Assembly (NCBI RefSeq): GCF_902713615.1
Contig: NW_024055740.1
Location: 124,001-188,000, forward strand
Length of the DNA stretch: 64,000 nt
From: Scyliorhinus canicula
Taxonomy: Eukaryota
Direction: 5' to 3'
Shown: positions 12,251 to 24,764 of the stretch, piece by piece
Position numbering within the stretch: the first letter of the stretch is position 1
Layout: each line of letters opens with the position of its first letter
The notes under the pieces: model-generated
What the model saw: only the letters and a program-made list of their open reading frames with translations
What the model was told of the DNA's origin: nothing
The model's database searches: none
Position numbers and translations under genes: made by a program

Positions 12251-13319
12251 AATTCCGTGGCGGATATCACCAATTGTCACAAGTCACAAAGTTAAATAAT
12301 TATATTATTCAATTATCATCAACACAACATAAAAAGTTCCATTCACCAATTATGATCCGCACTTTCTTTTACAAAATGTAAATACAATTCATTTAAGGGA
12401 GGTGGATTTGAGACCAGGAAGAGATCAGACTTGATGATTGAATGGCGGAGCAGGCTCGAAGGGCTGATTGCCTATTTCTGCTCCTAATTCTATTTTTGTA
12501 TGTTTAAGATAATTTATTGAGATTAAACGTAATTGAGATATCATTGACCATTCTGTCACCAACAAGTAACATCTAATTAAAAGTGAAATGGAATTAAATC
12601 AGACCGAGGATAATGTGCAGCTACCCAGCAGCCTCTGCGCTGTATTGGTCAGTAATCACCTCATCGTCACACAGAATCTCCAGACTGGAGGGTGAGATGA
12701 TATTTAAAGTGCCGGTAGAAATAAAAATGCCTTTACCTAATGTGACGTTAATGAATCTTTACTTCCCAATTTTTTATTACACTGTTTTGGAAAGCAATTC
12801 AACATTTACAGCTGTCCACTGAGTTTCACAGTATTTCTGTTTTCACATTAATATGTCTGGTGTCTTCATTAATTTGGGTGAGGACATCTTGTGACTTATT
12901 GTACACGAAATGACCACATGTTCCAAATATTGCAACCGTCCCTCCACAATGTAATCACGTTCCTGCTTTCTGTCTTTGAAATGACGGTTCGCCATCAGCA
13001 GAGAAGAATCACCAGCACCGCAGGAATATCTCCAGTTTCCTCTTAGTGACGTCTAGCTCGTTATTTCCCGATAGTCTGGGGAGGGAATTCACCCAGAAAG
13101 GCTTCAGCCACCGAATGTATCAGGCGATACAAATGATAAAGGACCAACTTTAATTTGTGAAATCATCAAGCGTAAAACTGAGAATGTAGAGCAGCATCTT
13201 TCAGGGCCATCTATCCATCCATCCATCAACCCCATTCACTGATTCCTCAATCACAATATTCAGGCATCCAACTAACACTCATCTCTACATCAAATCAGTG
13301 ATCCTTTTATATTTTGGGT

Positions 13320-13950
13320 GGATGGTGATGCAGTATTAATGTTATTGGGCCAGTAATAAGAATGCCCGGGTACAAATGCTCAGGTACAAATCCCAACATA
13401 GTCTGAGAATACGGACGAACAGACTCAAAAACAGCTTCTTCCCCACTGTCACCAGACTCCTAAATGACCCTTTTATGGACTGTCCTCATTAACACTACAC
13501 CCTGTCTGCTTCATCCGATGCCAATGCTTATGTAGTTACATTGTATATCTTGTGTTGCCCTATTATGTATTCTCATGTATTTTCTTGAATTCTGTTCAAT
13601 TCCCTTTTCTTCCCATGTACTGAATGATCTGTTGAGCTGCTTGCAGAAAAATACTTTTCACTGTACCTCGGTACACGTGACAATAAACAAATCCAATCCA
13701 ATCCAATCCAAAAGGGGAATTTGATTCCCTTAATAAATCTGGAATACATATTACATGAAATCCGCTCTGTTTCACCAATGAAGGAAATCTGTCATCCCTC
13801 CCTGGCTTCACCTACATCAGGCTCCAGTCGGACAGCAACATGTCTGACTCTTCCGTTCATTCTGAACTGGCAAAGCAAACCACTCAGTTCAAGGCTAATT
13901 AGGGGCAGGGTCTTGCATTGAGTCCCACAATCCATGAAAGTATATAGGGG
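13320..13950 (+). mobile_element. Shark tRNA-derived SINE with nested Rex1 insertion
   Basis: Head GCAGTATTAATGTTATTGGGCCAGTAAT and body AATAAATCTGGAAT...GAAGGAAATCTG...CCACTCAGTTCAAGGCTAATTAGGG on either side of the insert. Confidence 0.55.
13406..13710 (+). mobile_element. Rex1/Babar LINE 3' end
   Basis: Translates RIRTNRLKNSFFPTVTRLLN (Rex1-type C-terminus); the 3'UTR ends in AATAAA and (TCCAA)n. Confidence 0.75.
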
Positions 13951-15664
13951 GAAAACATGAATATAAATGTTGGTCTGTTACAAATGGACCCTCTGCCTGA
14001 TAGTCTGATTGTATTTATATCCGTCATCACAATGTTATGAGATGTGGGAGAGATCCTCCAGCGGGATATTGCTGCTAAGAGGGGCTACAAATCCTTTCCA
14101 TGGAGATGGGAACAGTACAAATAGGTTCAGAATTTAAAACATAAAATGATCTCCAGTTCTGTTGCTGGGTAGATTTGTTTATAAATAGTTCTCATTGACA
14201 ATGTTAAGAGTTTGAAGTTGGCTTGCAGCCAAGCGGTCAGTACTGAGCCAACAGATCTCTGAAAAACAATCCAGATGCTTCCTGTAAACAACATTGAACA
14301 TTCGAGCCTCCCTGACTGCAGGCGGCTGGATTGCTGCCAAATACTGTGTGGGGCAGATTAACCTGAATATGAATGGACAAAATGGGATTTATCCATTCAA
14401 ACAATAAATGTTTCAGTCTCACATGAAGTAAACGTTTTAAATGGTGTTCCATCTAAATAAATATATTCACTGAATGTTCTGTTCACTCTTAGATTAAACA
14501 TGATCGGAAAATAGTAAATTGACTCGTGCTATTTAATTTATATAAGTTCCGAGTAAAGGTCACTCTAGTTATGAAAGTCCGTTTGTGAAGAACCTAATGA
14601 AGTGAGAGTGAGTGGTGTTGATGGACCCAATCCACAAGCCCAATAAGATGAGGGGAATTGCAAAAAATATAAGTTGAATTAAAAGAAAATCATAAAAGTG
14701 CTCAAAACCCGCCGGAATTCCTGGAATATTCTCCGAGTAGTTGACCTCATTTAAACGGAGGCGTCTCTTATACCTGATTAACACTGTGTTCTGTACAGTT
14801 TAATTTGTGCTGATTTCCATTATTTAACTCCCATTATTTAACTCTCTCATTGCTGCCAATGAGTGGAGAAATGACCAGTTCATGACCTGCTTCAGTGGAA
14901 GATAAAGCATTTATTCCTGTGATATTGTATAATATGCCGCACAGTCCTGATATCCTGTGTTCCCAACACCAGCGAATGTTAGACAGCCGGTGGCCAATAA
15001 AATTAGCTGCAATGATTTGGATGCTGAAAGATAACTTTGCTGATCGCCGTGTCAGTTATGATTCATTAACTTCTCTGTCAAAAGCTGATGTTCATTTTAT
15101 GTTTCTCTGTCAACTCACTGCTGAATTGTCAGGCAAGCGGCTTATTTTACCGCTAATGTTCACAGGATTGTCTGAGGCTCAGGGGCAATTCGAGAAATGT
15201 AAAGAGAGACATTGTGTAATTTGAGAGTTTCTTCTTGTCTCCAGACCCACATTGTACAGTGATGGCCATCCGCACTGCTAATGTAATCACGTCATTCATT
15301 CCCTCATTTAGTTACATTTCGTCTGATAAATTATACTTTGCTGTTGTAATTGGATAGACAGACGATTTATACCCTGAAAATGTAATTTATTCTGTTTATG
15401 TTCATCCCTTTATATTGGAGTGCAGAAATAGAGATTTAATGTATAATGGAATTAGATTTTACTCAGAGATGCTCAAATATAATTTTCCATTCGGGTGAGG
15501 ATATACATTACAATGAATCCATTCAGCCAAACAAATATACCGATCTAATGTCACTTTTTAATAATAACCTATTGTAATCTCTGGGTCCATTCTATTGGGG
15601 GTGTGGAAGGTGGGACGTGGATCCAGACGCCGCCTCCACCAGGGAATCAACAGGCGGCGCCTGG

Positions 15665-15700
15665 AAAGCCGCCCCCTTCTGCCGGGTATTTAAATGCCGC
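15665..15700 (+). promoter_or_regulatory. Putative IgH V promoter (GC box + TATA-like)
   Basis: CCGCCCC at 15669-15675 and TATTTAAA at 15687-15694, ~80 bp upstream of the leader ATG. No octamer seen in the preceding ~400 bp. Confidence 0.6.
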
Positions 15701-15773
15701 TCACTGGGACCCGAATCCAACAGTCCGGGAGCTGGTTTGTTCACTGAGTTCCTGACACAACCATTTCCCCCAA

Positions 15774-15831
15774 ATGACCAGAAGGATGAGGTGGGCCATT
15801 TCTCTCAGTTTGTTGCTGACTTTCTTATCCC
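15774..15831 (+). CDS. IGHV: IgH leader exon (MTRRMRWAISLSLLLTFLS, phase 1; alternative ATG at 15786)
   Basis: Hydrophobic signal peptide with donor GTGAGT at 15832; joins the V exon as ...FLSRVQS|DVVL. Confidence 0.93.
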
Positions 15832-15959
15832 GTGAGTAGTTTTTATTGTCCAAGTCTCTCACTGTTACTGTCTCAGTGTTTGTCTCTCTCTAGAATGTTC
15901 CAGAGTCACTAATCATTTCTCCAGCATTAATCCTCGGGCTTTTTGATATATTTTTACAG

Positions 15960-16267
15960 GTGTCCAGTCGGATGTTGTGCTGACTCAGCCGGAGGCAGAA
16001 ACCGGGCGTCCCGGAGGCTCCCTAACACTGACCTGTAAAACCAGCGGCTTCAATCTCGGCAGCTACTGGATGCACTGGGTCCGCCAGGTACCCGGGCAGG
16101 GGCTGGAGTGGCTGGTTCAGTACTACGATTCATCCAACACCATCTACTACGCGCCAGGGATTCAGGGCCGATTTACTCCGTCCAAAGACACTTCAAACAG
16201 CATCTTCTCTTTGGCCATGACGAACCTGAAGACCGAAGACACCGCCATCTATTACTGTGCAAGACAC
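15960..16267 (+). CDS. IGHV: IgH V segment exon
   Basis: Acceptor TTTACAG. Translates [22 protein letters not shown]...[12 protein letters not shown]...[11 protein letters not shown], with both Cys and the Trp intact. Confidence 0.98.
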
Positions 16268-16306
16268 CACAGCGAGAGGAACCAGGGCTGGACCCGCACA
16301 AGAACA
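16268..16306 (+). other. V 3' RSS (23-bp spacer)
   Basis: CACAGCG 16268-16274, 23 nt spacer, ACAAGAACA 16298-16306. Confidence 0.92.
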
Positions 16307-16676
16307 GCTCAAGAGGGAATTCAGCAACTTGCAGCTTAACCTGAAGGTCAGCACTTGATTCAAATGTAATATTAATGTCAGTGATCAGAGTCATTGCACA
16401 AGCTGCTTCTTACATAACTAACACAGAGAAAATTAAACAGTAAAACTGAACACACCAATCGATATAATAGGATGAGCTTGTGTCAGTTTATATTTATTGT
16501 TAACAGTTTCAGCTATTACAGACTTGTATATAATCATCGTTTTATTATTTCTGATACTTGGGAAAATCTATGTACATTGGATTTGATAAACTGCTGTATA
16601 ACTTGTAAATTAGATCAGAAGTAAACGTGTATTTGAAGTGAATATTGAGCGGCAGGACTGAACAGAGAGTGAGTGC

Positions 16677-16754
16677 AGTTTTTGTGCGGGTATCTGTCAC
16701 TGTGACTACAGTGGGTCACAGTGCTGTGCACAGCGACATCCTCATACAAAAACC
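16677..16754 (+). other. IGHD: D1 segment (ACTACAGTGGGT, 16705-16716) with 12-RSS and 22-RSS
   Basis: AGTTTTTGT-12-CACTGTG | D | CACAGTG-22-ACAAAAACC. Confidence 0.95.
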
Positions 16755-17065
16755 TCAGTGAAAGAGTTTGTTCAAATTGGTGATCAGTGTCACAGCACGA
16801 ACGTTAAAGTAAACGAGTTTTAAATAAAACAACGTTTGGAAGTAATATTAGTTTGCAAAAAGGTATAAAAATCTTCCACTTTATCACTGTTGACCGACTC
16901 GCGAAATGTGCACAGAGGTTTAAAAGTGTTCCGATCTTCTTTATAAATGTAATGACCAGGACAAGCTGAAATAACTCACCCATTCGCCCTTGGAAGAGAC
17001 AGAGTTAGTTTTTTGGGAGAGCAGTGAAATTAAATCTCTGTATTTTATAGTTAACAGTCTGCCGC

Positions 17066-17131
17066 AGTATTTGACACGCTGTGTCTCACTGTGATAACTG
17101 GGGCACAGCAGTTACTGTCAAGACATAAAGC
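17066..17131 (+). other. IGHD: D2 segment (ATAACTGGGG, 17094-17103) with 12-RSS on both sides
   Basis: AGTATTTGA-12-CACTGTG | D | CACAGCA-12-ACATAAAGC. Confidence 0.9.
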
Positions 17132-17453
17132 CCCTCAGCACTAATTAACTGAAGCTGGCTCAGTGCTCGCGTTTATAATCCAACTTTATTCACAGTGAAG
17201 CATTATTTGATTCCAGCACTGACAAAATAATCAGAATTAATGTGGAAAATTGGTTGTCGTTATTTAGTCACAGTTGGTGTTTTCAATAACATTTCCATGT
17301 CTATGAAATGTAAAACATTCGGTCATTTATGAAGAGAGAACGGTATCCACAAATATTAATATAATTTCCTGAAAATTAATCGTGAATTCTCTTTGCCGTT
17401 GGTTTGTGAATGTTTAAAATAATGGTGGATTTCTGTCTATTTTATGCAGGTGC

Positions 17454-17492
17454 GGTTATTGTATGGAGCAGCCCAGGGAATGTGACACTGTG
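17454..17492 (+). other. J 5' RSS (23-bp spacer)
   Basis: GGTTATTGT 17454-17462, 23 nt spacer, CACTGTG 17486-17492. Confidence 0.93.
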
Positions 17493-17540
17493 ACTACTTC
17501 GACTACTGGGGACAAGGCACCATGGTGACGGTGACTGCAG
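17493..17540 (+). CDS. IGHJ: IgH J segment (YFDYWGQGTMVTVTA)
   Basis: WGxG motif; phase-1 donor GTAAGA at 17541. Confidence 0.97.
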
Positions 17541-17599
17541 GTAAGAACCATTCCGTCATTTACCAACTGTTTTACTTGAGTATTTGTTTTATATTTTTC

Positions 17600-18955
17600 T
17601 GCATTTTCAAAATCCATTCGTTCACTGAAATGTGTTTTGGTGGATCATGTATTCAGATGTTGTTGCAATGTTTCATTTGATTCTGCTGAAAGGGGGATAT
17701 AGAATCCCGCGGTTTCTTGACAGAAAGATGTTGCTGAGGGATTCAGTCCCTGTTTGCTGTGACCTAATGTTTATTTGCTGAGGATACTGTGTGGCTGGGT
17801 TACTTTAAATACAAAACGGCTGTTTTTACGATGTTTAATCTCGGTTCTATCTAATGTCTGCAGCTTGTACCGTCTTCCGCACAAGTGTATGAGATCGATC
17901 CCAATATTGACTAAATGTGCTAAAGTTTCTGTGTTATCTTATTGAACATGTTCTGCTTACTGAAAGTGCTGATGGTATTATTCAAGTTTTCTGTTTAGTT
18001 TACCTGTTCATTCATTTGATGACATGAGGGTTTGGTGCATTCTAAATTGAGATGTTCTTGCAATGTTACATTTGATTCTTTTGGAAGGTTTGTAGAATTG
18101 AGCTGCTTCTCCATGATGTTTCATTCCTTCAGCGATGTGATTTGGTGTTTTTCTGCTGAGGAATGTTTTTGGGTGACTTTGTGTAGGAATGTTTGTGAAA
18201 TGGTTTGGCGTGTCTGTATTGTTTCAACTCGGTGACACTGAGCGGTTACACGTTTTGTGATTGAATACAAAGAGTCTGCGTGTTTGAAACTGCTTGTCGC
18301 AGGATTGTCGGCAGAGAACAGGGAGGCTGTTAGTGCATCGTGAAAAAAGTGAAAATTGCAGATTAAACTAAGCCACGTTTTACCACAAATCCTTTCCGAG
18401 CACAAGTGTTGCTGCAATCAGTTTGCCGTTTGTGCAAAGTTTAATCTCGGTGGCATCTGATGGTTGCAGCTTTTACCATCAACTGCAAACATTAAAAGCA
18501 TTTAAATGTTTGAAAAATGACTCAATATGAAAAAATGTGGTAAAGTTTCAATATTTATTTGTTGTTAATATTCCAGCTCCTCGCAATGCTATTGCTGTTA
18601 TTCCATATTTCTGTTTAGTTCAATAATTCATACATTTGGCGATGAGCTGGTTTGCTGGATATTGATATTTTCTTGCAATGTTAAGTTTGATCCTGTTCGA
18701 TGTAGAGTTGAGTTGCTTCTCCATAAACGGGTTTCATTGATGTGATTTAGTGTTTTGTTCTGCTGAGGAGATGGTGTATCTGGATGACTTTAAATGATTC
18801 AGATCTGTCAAACGGTTCAGCGTTTCTGCATTGTTTCTGCATTGTTTAAACTCGGTGACACTGAGCGGTTACACGTTTACTGGTTGAATGCAAACAGTCT
18901 CCGTGTTTGAAAATGCTTGAAGGGCGATTGTCAGGAGAAAACAGCCAGGCTTAAG
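17600..18955. repeat. Old local duplication/triplication in the 5' J-C intron
   Basis: ~17833-18330 aligns with ~18439-18955. 17650-17810 is a partial third copy (TTGCAATGTT.CATTTGATT and TGCTGAGGA...ACTTTAAAT motifs). Confidence 0.75.
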
Positions 18956-21009
18956 AAAATAATCGAATAAAGATACATTGATGCATTTTGTAATTTTAAC
19001 TGATGCTTCCAGATTAAACGAAATAGTGACTGAAACGCCCATGCAAAACATAGTAACATTTATATAATTCAAACAATTGCAATGCGGTGATACAACTCTA
19101 TATTAACCAAGGGTTATTTTAGATTAATATAATTCATCATTAATCACCATTCACAATCCTGCTGTGTTCTGCACGAGGTTGACATGGCCGGACAGGTTTC
19201 TAGGCTGGAAATACTTTGTAGTTCCAGTTATTCTATTATTTCTGTGGCGCTGCAACCATAGTATACCTTCACTGTAATGCGTAGTTGGATAGCGAGGGAA
19301 TTATCAGTAATCTAACCTGAAACAGTTTTCTTAGATGTGAAAGTCGCTGCCAATCAATGAATTGTTCCCATGATTTTATTTGTATTACAGGAAAGTTCAG
19401 ATTGCATATGGCAAGAGATTGAAAAGTAAAAGCTTGAATGTCAAACCGATTTATTTATTTACAAAAGGTTAACAGTACCTTTGCATTTTATAATGACATC
19501 CTGTCTCCCACGGCTGTGCTCTGCACGATAGAATTATAGGAAGAACAGATGATAGGAAAGAAAGAATTATTATATCTTAGCTTTCGGCTTAAATTTTATT
19601 AAATGCTAAATTCAACAACAAATTTTCCACTCCACTTGCTCATAATGGGTCAGTTTTACAAATGATTTGAATAAACATTACTGAGCTGGTCTCGTTATAT
19701 TCATTACTTTCTGAGAATAGATGGAGTTTATGATTTATCAATGCGTTCAGAAAGGCGCATATTTTACACATTTGTAGGTCGAATAGAGCAATTGGAGTAA
19801 AAAAAATAAAATGTGAATATAGTCAATTAAATGTTAAGATGATTCCATCGAGTAATTTGGAGTTTGCTGTTCAACGTTGTTTGATTGCCAGGTTGTTTTA
19901 ATTAAACCCCAATTATTTCATAAAGCTCTGGGTAAAAACAAATTGGGGATTATTGAATGCTATTTTTATTATATGTATTATTATAGTACAGATAATCGAT
20001 TAAAGAATTAGCTGACAATTAACAATAACTTACAATACAATATCAGTGAGAATTAATTCAACATAAATGATCTCCTACAATTGAGTTGTATCCTGGCGTG
20101 CAGTATCTCAATGGTTTAGAGAATTTTAATAATATCTGAAATTAATTTAGGAAACAATACATTTCATTATACTGCTGTGTGCAGCTAAATCCTTTTGCTG
20201 ATTACATTCTTTTGCCCTGATTCTTTTGCTGATTATATTTAGTTGTGTTTTTAGATCATAGTGGGTAATGTGAATATTTCCTGGTTTGTTTAATTATTGC
20301 CCTGTCACTGAGTCTCTGTTCTGTCATTAGTCTGCCCTGAATCTGTAATATTTAATCTGCTCATTTTCAGCAAAACTACTTTTTGCCCAATTATCGAGAT
20401 TTGAGACAGACGGAGAGAAATAGTTAAAAGCCGAATGCAGTTTTGAAATTAATGTCAGGTTAATTTCAAATAAGTCACTAAATTATTGTTGTCGGAAGTT
20501 GACCATTGATCAATTAGAATCAAACAGTTTCATGAAACTGACAGATTGAACAGATCTCCCTGCTGGAACTCGATTGTTGTCATTTGTGTCTGTTCAGTGT
20601 CTGTGCGTGCGGTCACTGTGCTGGGACCAGGAATCTTCCTGACTGGTTGTAAATCTTCTACTTCATTTTCCAGTATTTCAGGGAGTACAATTTGATCAAG
20701 TCCTTCAATAAAACTTGTATATGTGTGGAATGTGGAAATTATACTTGATGTTTGACTAGGCGACTCAGGAAGGGGAATCCAACCCCAGATTGTGACAGTC
20801 AGAAATAATTCAGCAACGCCAGATAGGTTATAGAAGGAGATTTGGTTGATTTTTAAGCAGTGATATATTGGTCTTGGGAATTTTCGATTCGGCAATGCAG
20901 AGAGCGATTACGGGTTACATTCCGTGCTGTGGCCGTCCTTGATCTGTTTAATGGGTCAGTGCAGCGGAGAAATCCCTTTGCATTTTATTTTTAATCCTAT
21001 CCTCGGATT

Positions 21010-21248
21010 CTGGAGGCGCTGGCAAGGCTAGATTTTATTATATATTCCTAAGGGTTCTTGGGAAAGTTTTGATGCGAAGCATCCTTGAATAGCTGCAGTC
21101 CATGTGGCGGAGGTATATCTGCAATATTGCTAGGGAGGGAGGTCCAGAATTTTGACTCGGCGACAGTGAAGGATTGGCAGTATATTTCCAAATCAGGATG
21201 GTGAGTGACTTGGAAGGGAACTTGCAGGTGTTGGTGCACCCATACATC
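21010..21248 (-). mobile_element. CR1-group LINE family B 3' fragment
   Basis: Reverse complement of the 24000-24230 tail. Confidence 0.7.
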
Positions 21249-21267
21249 ATCACAAACACATACATAC

Positions 21268-23005
21268 TCTCGCTCTCTCACACACATTCTCTCACAGCCT
21301 CACACAGACACACTGTGCCTCACACGCAATCACACACTCACAATCTCACTCTCAGACACACTGTGATGATCTCTCACTCACGCGCTCTCACTCACACACG
21401 CTCTATCTCACACGCACTCTCTTTCACCAAATCTCTGACACACCTTGCCTCACTCTCACACCCACTCTCAAACGCACAGACCGTCTCTCTCCCTCACATA
21501 CATGCATAATCACTCTTCAAAACGTAGCATTTTTTCTTTCAGGTTCTCTCTCATACACATTCCCTCCGGTATACACATACACAATATCTCAGACGCACAC
21601 AAACTCGCCAACACATTATTACTCTCTCACTCTCGCCCTCGCGCACCCTCACACGCGCACCCTGGCACATGCCCTCTCTCTCTCTCATGGACACTGTCTC
21701 ATTCTCCCTCTCTGACACACAATCTATCTCTCCCTTTCAGGCATGCAGTATCTCACACTCTATCTCACACATTCTCTCTCTCTGACACACACACACTCAG
21801 ACGCACATTCTTTCTCTCACACACTCCCTCTCTATCACAGACACACTATCTCAGACACACAGATCTCTCCCGCACATCGTCTCACATCCATAATCGCTCT
21901 TCAAATAGAATCATTCCTTCTTTCACACACACAATCTCAAACATACTATCTCTCTCCCTTTCTCTCACACACACTTCCACAGACACACACGCACCCTGTC
22001 ACACACATACATTCTCTCACCTGCTCTCTCTCCCATGCAGTGTCACGTGTCTCTCTCAAACAATCTCTCTTTCGCACATGCACACTCATACACAAAGACA
22101 CGCATACTCACACAAGCACTCATATCTCTCACACACAAACACTGGTACATACATATCTCGTAAACACACTTTATTTCACTCAAACACAGACATGTTCTTT
22201 GGCACACTGTCACACGTTCTCTCATAAACACACAAACTCGTCCGCACAATCTGTCCTTCTCTGACACGCCGTCTCTCCCTCACACATACACAAACACTCC
22301 CACACAAACAGCATCTCGCAAGCACACACATTCTCTCACTCAAACACACACATGTTCTTTGGCACACTATCACACACAAACGCGCCCCCACATTCTGTCT
22401 CTCTCTGGCACACGTGGTCTCTCTCACTGTTTTAGGTACACACTCACATGCTCTCTAATCTCACACACTCAATCATACACACGCTATCTCGAACTCACGC
22501 ACACAATCTGCCATTTACACACACTCTCACACACATTGCCTCTCTCACTCACACACAAAATCTCACACACACATCCCCTCACACATACTCACACAGAAAC
22601 TCTCCCTTGCAGATTATTGTATTCTCCCTCTAACACCTATCTCACGTACAGACACGTACTCTGTCTATCTCTCTCGGGCACACACAGGAACGCCCACATA
22701 GGGACACACAGGAACACACACATATGTTCACACACGCTTACACTCAGACGCGCAACGCAGCAACACACACACGCAAGGAAACACACACACACACTCAAGA
22801 GCACTCATACACTCATCACACACACAGCAACACACAAACAGGAACAGACACACACGCTCACAGACACACAGGAACACCGAGGAACACGTACACAGGGATA
22901 CAGAGGGACACACATACACAGGAACAGACACACGCTCACACACACACACACGAATACCTGGGAACACGCACACAAGGATACACACACACAAGAACACACA
23001 GACAG
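21268..23005. repeat. Degenerate (CA)/(CT) microsatellite field
   Basis: ~1.7 kb of CACA/CTCT; the His/Thr/Ser-rich ORFs here are artefacts. Confidence 0.9.
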
Positions 23006-24245
23006 CTGAGTGTGGCTGTTCGTGACATCAAGGCAACATTTGAACCAGTGTTGCATTAAGGACCCCGAGCAAAACTGGAGTCAATGGGAATCGGGGGGAA
23101 ATTCCCCGCTGGTTTGAGTCATACCGAGTGGAAGATGGTTTTGGTTTCTGCAGGTCAATCATCTCAGTTCCAGGACATCACTGCAGGGGTTCCTCAGTGT
23201 CGGCCCCACCACCTTTAGCTGCTTCAGCAATGACCTTCCAAAAGTCAGAAGTGGGGATTTTGGCTGATCATTGAACGATGTGCAGCACCATTCACGGCTC
23301 CGCAGTTACTGAAGCTGTCCATTGCTAAATGCAGCAAGATCTGGACTATATCCAGGCTTGGGCTGACAAGGGGAAAGGAACATTCGCACCAGACAAGTGC
23401 ACGTAATGGACATCTCAAACAAGCGAAGATCGAACGATCACCTTATGCCATTCAATGGAATTACCATCGCTGAATCTCCTGCTGATCATTGACCAGAAAC
23501 TGAACTGGACTCGCCATATACACTGTGTGGCTGCGACAAGAGGTCAGAGACTCGGAATTCTGCAACAAAAACACCTCCTGATGCCCCAAAGCCTATCCAC
23601 CATCTGCAACACCAGGTTAAAGTCCAACAGGTTTGTTTGGAATCCCTAGCTTTCGGAGCGCAGCTCCTTCATCAGGTGAGTCACCTGAGTAAGACTTCTT
23701 ACTGTGCTCACCCCAGTCCAACGCCGGCATCTCCATATCACGCAAGGCACGATTCAGGAGTGTGATGGAATGCTCCCCAGTTGTCTGAATGAATACAGCT
23801 CCAACGACACTCAAAAACTGAACATCATCCAGGACAAAGTAGCCCGTGATTGGGACACCATCGACAACCACTCCCTCCCTCCACCACTGAGGGACACTGG
23901 CAGCAGTGTGTAACACCAACAACATGCTCTGCAGAAACTCGTCATGGCTCCTTCGACAGCACCTTCAAATCTCACAACAGCACCATCTGTACAAGGACAG
24001 CAGACACATGGGAACATCACCAACTGGAATTTCTCCATCAAGCCTCTCACCATCGTGACCTCAAAATATCACATTGTTCCTTCACTGTCCATGATTCAAA
24101 ATTCTGGAGCTGCCTCCCAAACACCACATGGACTGCAGTGGTTGAAGAATGAAGCTCACCACCATCTTCTCAAGGACACTGAGGGATGGGAAATAAATGC
24201 TGGCCCAGTCAGAGACTCCTACAGCACAAAAATGAAGAAAACACT
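23005..24245 (+). mobile_element. CR1-group LINE family B, RT to 3' end (decayed)
   Basis: Starts with a DIKATFEPVLH (DIKAAFDRVWH-like) RT motif and ends with AATAAATGCTGGCC plus an A-rich tail. Confidence 0.75.
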
Positions 24246-24371
24246 CTGACAAAATATGACAGCAATTTTACGGCCTGAAATTGCCAGTTGTAAAATTAAA
24301 ATCTCTTAAATTGCAGGAATGTTCATTGTTGAAGTTCCGAATTGTTTCGTACAAAATGAAATTACATCGGC

Positions 24372-24560
24372 ATTAAAGCAGCTGCCCAGTGATCTACACT
24401 GCTGTCTGTACACAGCCGGTGTTACTGAAAGTATTAAAGCAGCTGCCCAGTGATCTACACTGCTGTCTGACTGTACACAGCCCGTGTTACTGACAGTATT
24501 AAACCAGCTGCCCAGTGAGCTACACTGCTGTCTGACTGTACACAGCCGGTGTTACTGAAA
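24372..24560. repeat. 3 x 61-65 bp tandem repeat
   Basis: ATTAAAGCAGCTGCCCAGTGATCTACACTGCTGTCT(GACT)GTACACAGCCGGTGTTACTGAAAGT. Confidence 0.92.
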
Positions 24561-24764
24561 GCTGATCAATGTGTAGAATCAGGACAGGATAGATGGAGAG
24601 GAAGAGGAGGAGGTGGGGGTGGTGGAGCCGAATGGAAGAGCCCTCAGCCCTCGGCTGTGGACAACAGGCAACAGAAAGCTGAGCCTGAGCGGAAAATCAT
24701 CCAGAGAAACATCGTCCTAATGGGCTGGGAGCACCTGGGAAGAACCATCACGGCCACTCACTCA

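Noticed and set aside
16729-16754. Second heptamer-like CACAGCG inside the D1 3' spacer, which would give D1 a dual RSS
   Set aside because: Only 10 nt separate it from the nonamer, outside the 12+/-1 range.
15960-17540. Germline-joined VD/VDJ gene, or another isotype (IgW, IgNAR)
   Set aside because: All RSSs and intersegment DNA are present; there are exactly four C domains with mu-type tailpiece and TM, and I found no other Ig domains in the window.
20614-20652. CACTGTG followed by LGPGIFLTG and a GTAAAT donor, resembling an extra J segment
   Set aside because: No F/W before the GxG, no bases between heptamer and motif, and the best nonamer (CATTTGTGT) is poor and at a 24-nt spacer; most likely chance.
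21445-23059. His/Thr/Ser-rich ORFs up to 260 aa (similar ones at 38662-39255)
   Set aside because: Products of degenerate CA/CT microsatellite.
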